Notes: a model not told the origin generated them from the sequence alone. A DNA stretch of 64,000 nucleotides from an uncultured bacterium (GCA_963766885.1 CAVYBO010000001.1:68352-132351); one strand, 5' to 3'. Positions 29,479 to 39,144 are shown, counted from the first letter of the stretch. Program-made: numbers and translations.

Positions 29479-30690
29479 ATGAAATCAAAAAAACTTTTTG
29501 TATTTTTAGTAGGAGCCTTTTTGTTGTCTGTAAATTTGGTGCTTGCCGCTACAGCAAATATTACTAGCCTTGTATTCACAACTGTTCCTCAGACTCTTGC
29601 TCCGGGAGTAATTTCTCCAGCTATTACTGTACAAACAGAAAATACTGGCGGCACTGCTGAAAAAGTAGATGATACAAATGATGTCACTTTTACATCTACT
29701 TCCCAGACAGGCCAGTTTCTGAACTCTTCAGGGACTGCTGTTTCCACCACAATGGACAAAAATACATCCAGTCGCACTTTTTACTACAAAGATTCTACAA
29801 CAGGAACATTTACATTGAATGTTTCCATAAAAGGCAGAACTACAGGGGCAACGTTTTCGGCTTCACAACAAATCACAATTTCAAATTCTTCCAGTTCATC
29901 AAGTGGTTCATCTGGTGGTGGTTCTTCTACCTCAACAGCAACATCCACAGGCAGCTCTTCGGATGATGGCACTTCAACAAGCACTGATTCAACCAGCACA
30001 TCTACTAATACAGCATTGTACTCATATTCAACAGGGGCGCCAGTTTCAGATTTCTCGGAGGGTGATTTTGAATTGCAGGTTTATGCTGGCCGCGACAGAT
30101 TGGCCTTTATAAACTCGCCTGTGAATTTTAACGCCATGCTCAAAACAGATGGGTTTGCTGGAAACGTAAGCTATGACTGGTCTTTCGGAGATGGTACAGA
30201 GGCACAGGGCAAAAAAGCCATGCATATATATTCTTACCCAGGCACATACACTGTTGTTTTAAATGCTACGGACGGCGACGAAGATGCAGTGTCTAGTGCA
30301 ATTGTAAAAGTTGTGGAACCTGATGTTTCGGTTTCATTTTCAAACGGTGGAAATTCTGGGTATGTGGAAATTGCAAATAATTCAAATGATGAATTAAATC
30401 TTGGCGGATTTGAAATTCAATATGATTCAAAAAAATTTGTTATTCCTACAGACACTATAGTTAGTTCGAATTCAAGCACAAAAATTCCTTTGGATATTCT
30501 AAGTGAGAGAGATGTGTCGCTTGATTATCCAAACAATATGCCGTTGGCGGATGGCGCGCCAGAAGGATATGTTACGGATGCGGTGAATATTGAAAAAATC
30601 AGTCCAGAAAATTTGCAAAGCTTGGAAAAAGAACTTTCAGCGCTTCAGAATGAACTTGATTTGATCGAGAAAAATGGCCACAAAAATTGA
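29479..30690 (+). CDS. secreted protein with an S/T-rich linker, a PKD-like domain and a lamin-tail-like (LTD) domain
   Basis: Signal peptide. SSSSSSGSSGGGSSTSTATSTGSSS linker. PKD signature DWSFGDGTEAQGKKAMHIYSYPGTYTVVLNATDGD. LTD-like YVEIANNSNDELNLGGFEIQYDSKKFVIP. Coiled-coil C-terminus. Confidence 0.55.
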   Translation: MKSKKLFVFLVGAFLLSVNLVLAATANITSLVFTTVPQTLAPGVISPAITVQTENTGGTAEKVDDTNDVTFTSTSQTGQFLNSSGTAVSTTMDKNTSSRTFYYKDSTTGTFTLNVSIKGRTTGATFSASQQITISNSSSSSSGSSGGGSSTSTATSTGSSSDDGTSTSTDSTSTSTNTALYSYSTGAPVSDFSEGDFELQVYAGRDRLAFINSPVNFNAMLKTDGFAGNVSYDWSFGDGTEAQGKKAMHIYSYPGTYTVVLNATDGDEDAVSSAIVKVVEPDVSVSFSNGGNSGYVEIANNSNDELNLGGFEIQYDSKKFVIPTDTIVSSNSSTKIPLDILSERDVSLDYPNNMPLADGAPEGYVTDAVNIEKISPENLQSLEKELSALQNELDLIEKNGHKN

Positions 30691-33600
30691 TACTAAAATA
30701 TTTTTCAGCACATTTTTTCTACTGGTCTTTCTATTTGTAATTTTCTTTCCGCGTTTTGTATGGGCAGACACTACCGCTCCATCAGAAATTTCTGAAGACA
30801 CAACTTGGACTGCAGATCAAAACCCTTATATTGTTTCAGATTCTATGTTTATCGACGCCAGTACCACTCTGACGATTGAAGCTGGCACAGAAGTTCGATT
30901 TGAGAATGGAGCGAGCATTTATTCTTTTGGCGGTAATATTGATGTTGCGGGTGATTCTGGAAATCAAGTGAATTTTGAATCGGACGATGGCACAAATTTC
31001 GGTATATATTTCTTTGGTGGAAATTTAACTGCAAAGGATTCCAACCTTTCTGATATAGATGTTGTTGATGGGTTTGGAGCTGATTTTGATATTTCTAATT
31101 CTGAAATCTCCACTGATCGCGGGATTGACCTATTTGATCAAAGCGTTTTGGCGATTGACGGCGGAAAAATTGATTCAAATTCTTCTGATTTGGAAAGCTT
31201 CGATCAGTCGAAAGTTGATCTTTCAAACACAGAGATATCTTCAGGTGTTAGCGGACTGGCTGCAGTTTCAGTTTATGACCAATCTGCATTGAATATTGAA
31301 AACGCAACTTTTGATTCTTCCACAATAAAAGCTCTGGAAATTTTTGACAGCACAGCTGACGTTGCTGATTCAAAGTTTCTTGGCGGACTCGATGACGCAA
31401 TTGATGTTTATTCCGATGATCCGTCAAGCTTTGTTTCGTCTCTGAATATTTCTTACAGTAATATTTCAAATTACCAAGGCGCAGCTATAAAAGTTTTTGA
31501 TTCCGATGTTATTTTAAAAGAATCTGATATCAAAAATAATCAAACAGGGATTGCTTTTTATCCAGATAAAGCAGGGAGCTTTAGTGCTTACAGAGATAAT
31601 ATTCAGGGCAACAGTATTGGCGCGGAGTTTTTTCCAGAAAAAGGCTTTGAGAATTCGTTTGATGCCGAGTATAACTTTTGGGGTGATGCTTCTGGTCCAT
31701 ATGAAGTTGAAAATGATCCAAGTCTGGAGGGAAATCCAAACGGTCTGGGCGATAAAGTCTACGCGCCAGAAGCCGAAGTTTCCTATGAGCCGTGGCTGAC
31801 AGAGCCAGCAACTCACGAAAAATTAAAGCACAATCCGGTAATTATTATTCCAGGAATTTTGGGCAGTTATTTGGATAAAGAAGATGGAACAGAGGTGTGG
31901 CCGAATGTTTTAGGAGCCCTTGCAAGTATAAATGATAATTATCTAGATGATCTTATTTTGAATTCAGATGGAAAGAATTCAAGTGTTGATATTAATCCAC
32001 CAGATATTTTTAGAGAAATTAAATTTGAGGGAGCCGGAATAACTACTTTCGATGTAAATTATTTTCAAGGATTAATTTCAAAACTTGGAGAGAATTATAC
32101 AGAAGGCAACGATATGTTTGTATTTCCATACGACTGGAGATTTGATATCAATTCAATAGCTGTCAACAAGCTCGATGGATTTATAGACAACGTTTTAAAT
32201 CAAACAGGAGCTGACAAAGTTGATATTATTGCCCATAGTATGGGCGGTCTTGTGACCAAAGCATATATAGCAGATTTTGGTGGTAGCAAAATTGGTAAAT
32301 TTATTGACATTGCCACTCCACAACTCGGCTCTCCAGATTCTTTAAAAATTATTTCTTATGGAGATAATTTAGGAATTAGCTGGTTAGGGTTTCTTGGATT
32401 GAATCCAGATGAAGTGAAGAAAATATCTCAAAACTTTCCATCTGTTTATGAGCTTTTACCGAGTGAGGAATATTTTGATCTCAAAGATCCAGATTACAAA
32501 TATTATTTTGATGATTTGGGTGATGCGGATGGAGACGGAGTTAAAGGCAAGTTGAATTTTTCACAGACAATGCAGTTCTTGAAAAATTCTGGCAGAAATT
32601 CTGCCTTGGTTGACGAAGCACAAAGTTTCCAGGAAAAAATAGCAGATGTTGATCCAGAAAAGGAGGGCGTACAAACTTTTAACATTGTTGGCTGCGGTAG
32701 CCCGACAATCGGCAAAATATTTACTCTGCCAAAAGACGCAGGTAAGAACGAATACGCGCTTTCTTATATAACAGGTGACGATACGGTTCCACTCAAAAGC
32801 GCTGAAGCGCTTGATGCCGAAAAAACATATTATGTTTCTGGCGGAATTGACCACGGCACTTTGCCAAGCAATACAAATGTAAAAAATATTGTTTTTGCCC
32901 TGCTTAATAATGATGATCCAAAATTCTCAAAAAATGTAAGTTCTACAACAGCGAACTGCGCGTTGCCTAAAGGTAAGTATTTGAGCTTTCATAGCCCAGT
33001 ACAAGTGGATGTATATGATGACGCGGGTAATCATTCTGGGCCAAATGCAAATGGAGATATTGAAGACAATATCCCGGGTGTGGTGTATGACACTATTGAA
33101 GACAATAAATTTATTTTTGTTCCTGATGGCACAAATTACCAAATAAACTTTAAGGCCACCGACACGGGGTCTTTTTCGGTGGATGTTCAAGATGATGAAG
33201 ATGCGGGAGAAAATTATTTTTATTTCAAAGATATTCCAATAGATAATATAAATCTAACAGGTAGTGTTGATCTGTCTTCCTCAACGCCAGCTTTGGATGT
33301 AGATGAAAATGGCGATGGAACAGATGTTGAAACTTTGAGTCCAGATATAAGTACCACGACAGATATTTATGATCCACCAGAAAATGAATTCGCAACGTCA
33401 ACAGTATCAACATCAACTCCTACACAAATACCACCCCAAAATAATTTACTTTCTTCAATAGCTGGCGCACACCATGATCTACCAACGCTAGCCACAGCAA
33501 CTATCGCGTCTGTTATTACGACAATTTTTACAACCCCTACTGTTCAATCTAAAATAATAATTCAAAATAAACTAGTTGTACAAAAAATACTTTCTACACA

Positions 33601-33772
33601 TTCAGAACAAAATTTACCTGTTCTTGCTCCTACAAAAAAACCGATTGATTCAACAAATCTTGCTTCAGCGGGAAATTCTTCGGGTTTCAAAACCAATGTT
33701 TTTGATAAAATTTGGAGTTGGATGGAATCAATACGAAATTTTATATTAAAATCGCTAAAAATTATAAAATAA
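30674..33772 (+). CDS. large secreted protein: parallel beta-helix repeats fused to an LCAT/PGAP1-like alpha/beta-hydrolase (lipase/esterase) domain
   Basis: Signal peptide. Repetitive (N/D)xS(D/N)...I(D/E) beta-helix turns across about 300 aa. Then HNPVIIIPGILGSYLD...DIIAHSMGGLVTKAYIAD, a GxSxG lipase motif of the LCAT/DUF676 type. Long S/T/P-rich C-terminal region. Confidence 0.6.
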   Translation: MATKIDTKIFFSTFFLLVFLFVIFFPRFVWADTTAPSEISEDTTWTADQNPYIVSDSMFIDASTTLTIEAGTEVRFENGASIYSFGGNIDVAGDSGNQVNFESDDGTNFGIYFFGGNLTAKDSNLSDIDVVDGFGADFDISNSEISTDRGIDLFDQSVLAIDGGKIDSNSSDLESFDQSKVDLSNTEISSGVSGLAAVSVYDQSALNIENATFDSSTIKALEIFDSTADVADSKFLGGLDDAIDVYSDDPSSFVSSLNISYSNISNYQGAAIKVFDSDVILKESDIKNNQTGIAFYPDKAGSFSAYRDNIQGNSIGAEFFPEKGFENSFDAEYNFWGDASGPYEVENDPSLEGNPNGLGDKVYAPEAEVSYEPWLTEPATHEKLKHNPVIIIPGILGSYLDKEDGTEVWPNVLGALASINDNYLDDLILNSDGKNSSVDINPPDIFREIKFEGAGITTFDVNYFQGLISKLGENYTEGNDMFVFPYDWRFDINSIAVNKLDGFIDNVLNQTGADKVDIIAHSMGGLVTKAYIADFGGSKIGKFIDIATPQLGSPDSLKIISYGDNLGISWLGFLGLNPDEVKKISQNFPSVYELLPSEEYFDLKDPDYKYYFDDLGDADGDGVKGKLNFSQTMQFLKNSGRNSALVDEAQSFQEKIADVDPEKEGVQTFNIVGCGSPTIGKIFTLPKDAGKNEYALSYITGDDTVPLKSAEALDAEKTYYVSGGIDHGTLPSNTNVKNIVFALLNNDDPKFSKNVSSTTANCALPKGKYLSFHSPVQVDVYDDAGNHSGPNANGDIEDNIPGVVYDTIEDNKFIFVPDGTNYQINFKATDTGSFSVDVQDDEDAGENYFYFKDIPIDNINLTGSVDLSSSTPALDVDENGDGTDVETLSPDISTTTDIYDPPENEFATSTVSTSTPTQIPPQNNLLSSIAGAHHDLPTLATATIASVITTIFTTPTVQSKIIIQNKLVVQKILSTHSEQNLPVLAPTKKPIDSTNLASAGNSSGFKTNVFDKIWSWMESIRNFILKSLKIIK

Positions 33773-33788
33773 TGATAAAATTTATAGT

Positions 33789-34067
33789 ATGCCTTTCTTA
33801 AAAAATATTACTAGATTTTTTTCAGGAATAATTTTTTCCTTCATAACAATATATATCATTTTTTTTATATTTAAATATGGAGATTTTGAGGAATATATTT
33901 TTTTTGCGGTTCCTTTTGTTATATCACTTATTTTATATTTTCTTGATAACAAATTAACCGGCAATGTTAAGAAGTCACCGTATTTATTGTCAGTACTTTT
34001 TTATTTTATTATTTGTTTCAGTCTTCTTTTTTATGCTCTGGCCCATATAGGTCCAATTCATTTCTAA
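33789..34067 (+). CDS. small hydrophobic membrane protein (3 predicted TM)
   Basis: 92 aa, strongly hydrophobic (IIFSFITIYIIFFIF..., FFAVPFVISLILYFL..., LLSVLFYFIICFSLLFYALAHIG). Confidence 0.3.
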   Translation: MPFLKNITRFFSGIIFSFITIYIIFFIFKYGDFEEYIFFAVPFVISLILYFLDNKLTGNVKKSPYLLSVLFYFIICFSLLFYALAHIGPIHF

Positions 34068-34118
34068 AATTTATAAAGTATAAAACCAATTGCTAAATAA
34101 ATTTGCTTGTGGTAATTT

Positions 34119-34945
34119 TTGGGCAGAAAGAGTCGGTTCAAACCAACCGGATTAATTATGAAAATTCGCACAGCGCTGGTTTCGGTCAGCGACAAAACAG
34201 GATTGGTTGATTTCGTCAAAGAGCTGGAGAAAATGGGTGTCTGGGTGATTTCCACCGGTGGCACGAAAAAGGTCTTGCGCGACGCGGGACTTGTTGCCAC
34301 AGATATTGCGGTCTTCACAGGATCACCGGAAATTCTGGATGGCAGGGTGAAAACTCTTCACCTCAAAGTTCACGGCGGTCTGCTTTTCCGGCGCGGCAAT
34401 GCCGAGCACGAACAGGAGGCGGCTGAAAATGGCATCAAGCCGATTGACCTGGTGGTCGTGAACCTCTATCCGTTTGAGCAGACGGTCTCCAAACCGGACT
34501 GCACCGAAGAAGATGCGATCGAGAACATCGACATCGGCGGACCGTCGATGCTTCGGAGCGCTGCCAAAAACTTCGAGAGTGTCACGGTCGTGTCTGATCC
34601 GAAAGATTACGGGCGCGTGCTTGCCGAAATGAAAGCAAACGATGGCGATACTACACCTCAGTTTCGGTGGTATTTGGCCAAAAAGGTTTTTATGACCACC
34701 GCGCTCTACGACCTCTCGATCTTTTGTTACTTTGCGTGGGGGAGAATCCTCACATCAATTCAAGAGATCAAGATCAAGATGGACAACTGGCTGGAACATG
34801 CAGTGGGTCCTCACGATCACGTGTAGGTAAGGCAGAGCAATCTGCCAATTTTTTTTGCAAAAATTTATTTTATATACCACAAGGGCATTTCTGTTTTTAT
34901 AAAAAATTCCAGAACGGGTGTTCTGGTTTTGTGTGTTGCGGCTAA
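34119..34945 (+). pseudogene. purH: purH remnant: the N-terminal IMP cyclohydrolase (MGS-like) domain only, then a frameshift and truncation. GC-rich island.
   Basis: [33 protein letters not shown]...[18 protein letters not shown]...[14 protein letters not shown]...[19 protein letters not shown]...[13 protein letters not shown] is canonical PurH residues 1 to about 215. A GENPH motif (start of the AICARFT domain) appears only in a second frame, as [10 protein letters not shown] in ORF 34667..34945, then decays. The convergent purM ends here, so the AICARFT domain is absent. Confidence 0.5.
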
Positions 34946-35937
34946 GCGGCTGGGTAGTCGAAGTGTCCGTGTGGTGATTCGATCCGGACTTTGTTTGGTC
35001 CGGGGCCGAGCTTCGGTACGACTCTTCCGACGATTTGGGCATCGACGCCTTCTTCTTTTGACATTTCAATGCACTCGTCGGCGACACCTTTGCTTGGTGT
35101 GATCAATTCCAAGCGATGACCCATGTTGTACACTTCGTGCATTTCTTGCCACGACGTTCCGGCTGCTTGGATTGCCCGGAAGATCGCTGGTGTAGGGAAT
35201 AGATTGTCTTTGACGTACCTATTTCCGTGAGCACCGAACTTCATAATCTTGGTTTGTCCGCCGCCGGAGCAGTGGATAATTCCGTGAATATGCTTCGGGG
35301 ATATGTTCCACAGGATCTTTTTGACCAATGGCAGGTATGTCCGCGTCGGCGAAAGTAGTGCTTCTGCAATCGTAAAAGTTGTTCCCGGCAGGTTGTCTCC
35401 AAGCCGAAACTTTCCACGATATTGAAGGCTTGGCTTGAGCTGCGGTGCATACGTTTCCGTGTAGCGCCGATAGCAGCGAGACAACAGATCAGGAATTGCA
35501 CTGGTTAAGCCGTTGGAACCGATACTGGAATTTTCCCGCTCTTCCCACTTTGCTTTTCCGGTGGAACTGAAGCCTACAATGTAATCGCCCGGTACCATTC
35601 TACCGGCATCGATGATTGCCTTTTTCAGCAGCGAAAAGTACACGCTGTTGCCGACGTCAAACGTCCGCACGTTGTTTCCAACGCTTGCACTTTCGCCTCC
35701 GCAAAACTCGACTGGGATGCCGTAAGACTGAAGCATCTCGCAGAGTTTTTGAACGCGATCGATCAATCCGGCTATGAGTTCGGCGGCACGCTTTTTTCCA
35801 AAATAGAGCGTGTTGATGCCGATAGTCTGATTGATAAGCAAATCCTTAAGTGCGCCGATGCAGCCAACGTCGTCGAGATTCATCACGGCAGCATTGATTG
35901 CTGTGTTGATGGCCAGCTCCAGGTTGCCGGTCAACAT
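34942..35937 (-). CDS. purM: PurM-family protein (AIR synthetase-like, divergent), possibly 5'-frameshifted. GC-rich island.
   Basis: AINAAVMNLDDVGCIGA (compare LVAMCVNDL..GAEP), CGGESASVG (compare GGETAEMPG), LLSPTRTYLPLVKKIL (compare LAPTRIYVKSVLELI) and IIHCSGGGQTKI (compare AHLTGGG). A PurM-like N-terminal segment, YEARGVSS...LHADTAGSI, is readable only in a different frame upstream (35940-36125). Confidence 0.55.
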   Translation of the reverse strand: MLTGNLELAINTAINAAVMNLDDVGCIGALKDLLINQTIGINTLYFGKKRAAELIAGLIDRVQKLCEMLQSYGIPVEFCGGESASVGNNVRTFDVGNSVYFSLLKKAIIDAGRMVPGDYIVGFSSTGKAKWEERENSSIGSNGLTSAIPDLLSRCYRRYTETYAPQLKPSLQYRGKFRLGDNLPGTTFTIAEALLSPTRTYLPLVKKILWNISPKHIHGIIHCSGGGQTKIMKFGAHGNRYVKDNLFPTPAIFRAIQAAGTSWQEMHEVYNMGHRLELITPSKGVADECIEMSKEEGVDAQIVGRVVPKLGPGPNKVRIESPHGHFDYPAA

Positions 35938-36275
35938 GAAGACAAGAGCTGCAAGGGAAGGAATGCTTCCTGCGGTGTCTGCATGGAGACCTCTGGCTCT
36001 AGTTGGGTCACGTGGATCTTGCAGGATTTTGCAAAAAGCAGTCGGGGCAATTCCCTTATACAGTTTTGCAATAGCGGCGTGTACTTCGCCTTTTTGAGAC
36101 GAGACACCGCGAGCTTCGTAGTTTGATGTTGTGTTTATATAATTTGCGCCGTTACTATTTCTAGCTCTGGCGACTTGGTTGAGTTAAATTTAGCCGCTTT
36201 CAAAGGGCTTTGAGTTGAATATTACTCAATTAAAATATTTTGTCTATTATAAAAAATACCCCTTCAACAAAATGT

Positions 36276-36485
36276 TTATGGGGTTTTGTGTTCGGCAGCG
36301 GATTTTGCCAAAAGGTACGATGTTGGTCCGATTGCGACAATAAAAATTACTTGGTAGCCGAGCCAGTCGAACCAGCTATAGTTTTTGGGCATTTTTGTCA
36401 AAAGGGTCAGATACAAGAAAACAATAGTTGGGGTTGATGTAATTATCAGGGCAACGAAAAAGAACAGCCAATTCGGAATTTTCAT
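36276..36485 (-). CDS. small membrane protein (2 TM), tentative
   Basis: 69-aa hydrophobic ORF. A competing plus-strand ORF overlaps it. Confidence 0.2.
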   Translation of the reverse strand: MKIPNWLFFFVALIITSTPTIVFLYLTLLTKMPKNYSWFDWLGYQVIFIVAIGPTSYLLAKSAAEHKTP

Positions 36486-36507
36486 ACGACATATTTATAG
36501 CACTTAA

Positions 36508-36535
36508 TTGACATTTTTCAATAAAAAAGTAAACT
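36508..36535 (+). promoter_or_regulatory. putative sigma70-type promoter of the rplJL operon, with ~150-nt structured leader
   Basis: TTGACA, a 16-nt spacer, then TAAACT. The leader 36540-36690 contains hairpins, consistent with an L10 autoregulatory leader. Confidence 0.3.
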
Positions 36536-36690
36536 GATTTTACCAAGGCCAAAGACAATAGGATCTGCCTAAGACCAGATTAAAAGCCAAAAGCATCCTA
36601 TCGAGGTAAAGTAAAAGTAATTTATACACTTTTACTTCTCAACTTTATTCGGCCCTTGAGGGTCGATTTTTAGTTTAAAAAAGAAACTAT

Positions 36691-37179
36691 ATGCCAGTAT
36701 CAAAACAAAAGAAAAAAGAATCTCTAGACAAGATTTCTGGAGGATTGGATTCTGCGCAGACTGTTGTCTTTGCCACTTTCAAAGGATTGACTTTGGGGCA
36801 GACGACAGAGCTTCGCAAAGGACTTCGCGAAAAGGGAGTCTCTTACCTTGTTGCCAAGAAAACTCTAATCAGAAAAGTTCTTGAAGAAAAAAAATACAAA
36901 GGAGAAATTCCTGATCTTGTCGGAGAGCTTGCAATTGCTTGGAGCGCGGATCAAATTGCTCCGGCCCAAGGCGTTGCGGAATTCCAAAAGAAATTTGAAA
37001 AGAGAATTTCGATTCTTGGGGGAATATTTGAAGGCGAATACAGAGGCAAGGAAAAGATGCTAGAAATTGCAGCAATTCCAAGCCGCGAAGTTTTGCTTTC
37101 ACAAATTGCATTCTTGCTCAAGAGCCCTGTGCAGAGATTTGCAGTTGCGGTTTCTGAAGTCGCAAAGAAGAAAAATTAA
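36691..37179 (+). CDS. rplJ: ribosomal protein L10
   Basis: 162 aa. LDSAQTVVFATFKGLTLGQTTELRKGLREKGVSYLVAKKTL. Confidence 0.85.
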   Translation: MPVSKQKKKESLDKISGGLDSAQTVVFATFKGLTLGQTTELRKGLREKGVSYLVAKKTLIRKVLEEKKYKGEIPDLVGELAIAWSADQIAPAQGVAEFQKKFEKRISILGGIFEGEYRGKEKMLEIAAIPSREVLLSQIAFLLKSPVQRFAVAVSEVAKKKN

Positions 37180-37197
37180 AAGTTAATTGCTAAATTT

Positions 37198-37560
37198 ATG
37201 TCAAAATTTGATTCGTTCCTAACTGAACTCGAAGGAGCATCAGTCTTGGAACTAAACGAGCTTGTAAAAGCTATTGAAGAAAAATTCGGAGTATCTGCTG
37301 CCGCTGTGGCCGCTGCTCCGGCAGCAGCAGTTGCTGCAGAAGATGAAAAGTCAGCGTTCAACGTTGAGCTTACAGATTCTGGAGCAACTAAGATTGCTGT
37401 TATCAAAGTTGTTAAAGAAATCTTGGGACTTGGCCTTGCAGAAGCAAAAGCTGCTGTTGATGCCGCTCCTAAGGTTCTAAAAGAAGGAGTAAAGAAAGAA
37501 GACGCTGAAAAGATGAAGAAAGATCTTGAAGCTGCAGGAGCCAAGGTTACTCTAAAGTAA
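37198..37560 (+). CDS. rplL: ribosomal protein L7/L12
   Basis: Ala-rich hinge [15 protein letters not shown] and C-terminus [56 protein letters not shown]. Confidence 0.9.
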   Translation: MSKFDSFLTELEGASVLELNELVKAIEEKFGVSAAAVAAAPAAAVAAEDEKSAFNVELTDSGATKIAVIKVVKEILGLGLAEAKAAVDAAPKVLKEGVKKEDAEKMKKDLEAAGAKVTLK

Positions 37561-37573
37561 TTTGCATGCATTA

Positions 37574-37610
37574 AAGCCGCTCCGCCTTTGGCGGAGCGGC
37601 TTTTGCTTTT
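37574..37610 (+). terminator. rho-independent terminator after rplL
   Basis: AAGCCGCTCCGCCTTTGGCGGAGCGGCTTTTGCTTTT. Confidence 0.65.
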
Positions 37611-37639
37611 CCCTAAAAATTTTATGATAGAATAAAAAG

Positions 37640-38224
37640 ATGACAGACAAAATCTTTGGCAATCCGATAAGACTCAAACTCCTTAAGCTTTTTATATTTA
37701 ATCCTCAATGCGTTTTTGACATAAAAACCATTTCCAAAAAAGTCCAGGCAATAATTCCTGCCGTAAAAAAAGAAATTAAAGTTCTGGTTGCTGGCAAATT
37801 GATAAAACAAAAGCAGACTATAGATACAAAAGGTAAAAAGGTTAAAGGTTTTGGATTGGATACAAACTTCAAACACATTGAAGCCTTTAGAGATTTCCTA
37901 ATGAAAGTTTCTCCTTTAAGCGACATTAATATTTCTGAAAAAATCAATCGCGCGGGAAAGGTCAAACTTACTGCGCTTTCTGGGGTGTTCATGAATAATT
38001 CAGAATGCCGTGTTGATTTGCTTGTAGTGGGAGACAAGATAAATAAGAATATTTTAAACAGGGCAATTTTGAATATTGAATCGGAGCTCGGCTCGGAACT
38101 GAAATATGCTTTTTTTGAAACACCGGATTTTGAATACCGAAGAGCGATGGGAGATAAATTGGTCCGGGATATTTTGGAATACCCGCACAAAATCATATTT
38201 GATCGGCTCGGAATCAGTGGATAG
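37640..38224 (+). CDS. hypothetical protein with an N-terminal wHTH-like segment
   Basis: 194 aa. The N-terminus NPIRLKLLKLFIFNPQCVFDIKTISKKVQAIIPAVKKEIKVLVAGKLIK resembles an ArsR/MarR-type winged helix. Confidence 0.35.
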   Translation: MTDKIFGNPIRLKLLKLFIFNPQCVFDIKTISKKVQAIIPAVKKEIKVLVAGKLIKQKQTIDTKGKKVKGFGLDTNFKHIEAFRDFLMKVSPLSDINISEKINRAGKVKLTALSGVFMNNSECRVDLLVVGDKINKNILNRAILNIESELGSELKYAFFETPDFEYRRAMGDKLVRDILEYPHKIIFDRLGISG

Positions 38225-38356
38225 CCAAAAGTTGCCTAAATGTTACGACTTTATTTTCAGGAGCAAAGCGACTTGAAAAGAAGAAGTGCCCTTGTGGTAT
38301 AATTTAAGGATAAAAGCGGTCGCTTTGTTATAAGTTTAATAAAATTATCAGTATTT

Positions 38357-39037
38357 ATGATTCTTCAAAATTCAGCACAAGCGTTGGGCAATTCGCTGAC
38401 TAGTCTTTGGAACGGTGTAATCGCCTTTATTCCAAATATAATTATTGCAATAATCATCTTTGTCGTCGGATGGATTGTAGGCGCTCTAATTGGCAATGCA
38501 ATTGATCAGCTTTTCAAAGCTGCAAAGGTTGATCACTTTCTTAGAAAGACTGGCTTAGACAGCACTCTTGCTCGCGCTGGAATAAATCTGGATTCAGGAA
38601 AATTTATCGGAGCATTGGTAAAATGGTTTATCATTGTTGCTTTCCTTATCGCATCATTCAACGTTCTTGGACTGGTAGAAGTTACTCAATTCTTGCAGGT
38701 TGTGGTCTTGGGCTACCTGCCTCAGGTTATCGCTGCGGTGCTTATCCTTCTTGTAGCGGTGGTTGTTGGCGATGCAGTTTGCAAACTTATTGCTGGCTCT
38801 GCGAAGGCTGCAGAAATTCGCTCTGCAAATTTCTTAGGTCTTTTGGCAAAATGGGTTATCTGGGTTATCGGCGTACTTGCTGCAATTTCTCAGCTTGGCA
38901 TTGCTCAGCAGATTATTCAGACAGTATTTACTGGAGTTGTGGTGGCTTTCTCTGTGGCATTCGGTCTCGCATTCGGCCTTGGAGGCCAGCAGGCAGCTTC
39001 TGAAGTGATCGCAAAATTCCGAAACGAAATTAAGTAA
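38357..39037 (+). CDS. membrane protein with conserved TM-helix repeats (MscS-associated type)
   Basis: 226 aa with four repeated amphipathic/TM segments (…IIAIIIFVVGWIVGALIGNAI…, …WFIIVAFLIASFNVLGL…). The ORF 38623..39003 in another frame is an artefact of local GC richness. Confidence 0.45.
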   Translation: MILQNSAQALGNSLTSLWNGVIAFIPNIIIAIIIFVVGWIVGALIGNAIDQLFKAAKVDHFLRKTGLDSTLARAGINLDSGKFIGALVKWFIIVAFLIASFNVLGLVEVTQFLQVVVLGYLPQVIAAVLILLVAVVVGDAVCKLIAGSAKAAEIRSANFLGLLAKWVIWVIGVLAAISQLGIAQQIIQTVFTGVVVAFSVAFGLAFGLGGQQAASEVIAKFRNEIK

Positions 39038-39063
39038 TTTTCTCTCAAAAATATAGTCTATTT

Positions 39064-39090
39064 AAGCCCCGCGTAAGCGGGGCTTTTTGT
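39064..39090 (+). terminator. rho-independent terminator
   Basis: AAGCCCCGCGTAAGCGGGGCTTTTTGTTTT. Confidence 0.6.
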
Positions 39091-39115
39091 TTTATAAAGT
39101 AAGGGCATTTTTCGC

Positions 39116-39144
39116 TTGACTTCAATTTTGGCTTTCTATATAAT
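39116..39144 (+). promoter_or_regulatory. consensus sigma70 promoter upstream of the 23S-5S rRNA unit
   Basis: TTGACT, an exact 17-nt spacer, then TATAAT. It is followed by a ~400-nt leader with many perfect hairpins. Confidence 0.5.

Noticed and set aside
34667-34945. ORF 34667..34945+ as an independent gene
   Set aside because: It contains the PurH GENPH motif in a frame shifted relative to the upstream purH N-domain. It is interpreted as a frameshifted continuation of the purH remnant.
35241-36126. ORFs 35241..35501-, 35749..36126+, 35831..36097+ antisense to or overlapping purM
   Set aside because: GC-rich region without stops. The Ala/Arg-rich antisense translations have no motifs, whereas the minus frame gives PurM motifs.
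38623-39003. ORF 38623..39003+ (126 aa, Cys/Arg/Trp-rich)
   Set aside because: It is an alternative frame of the membrane-protein gene 38357..39037, whose hydropathy pattern is coherent. The composition is a frame artefact.
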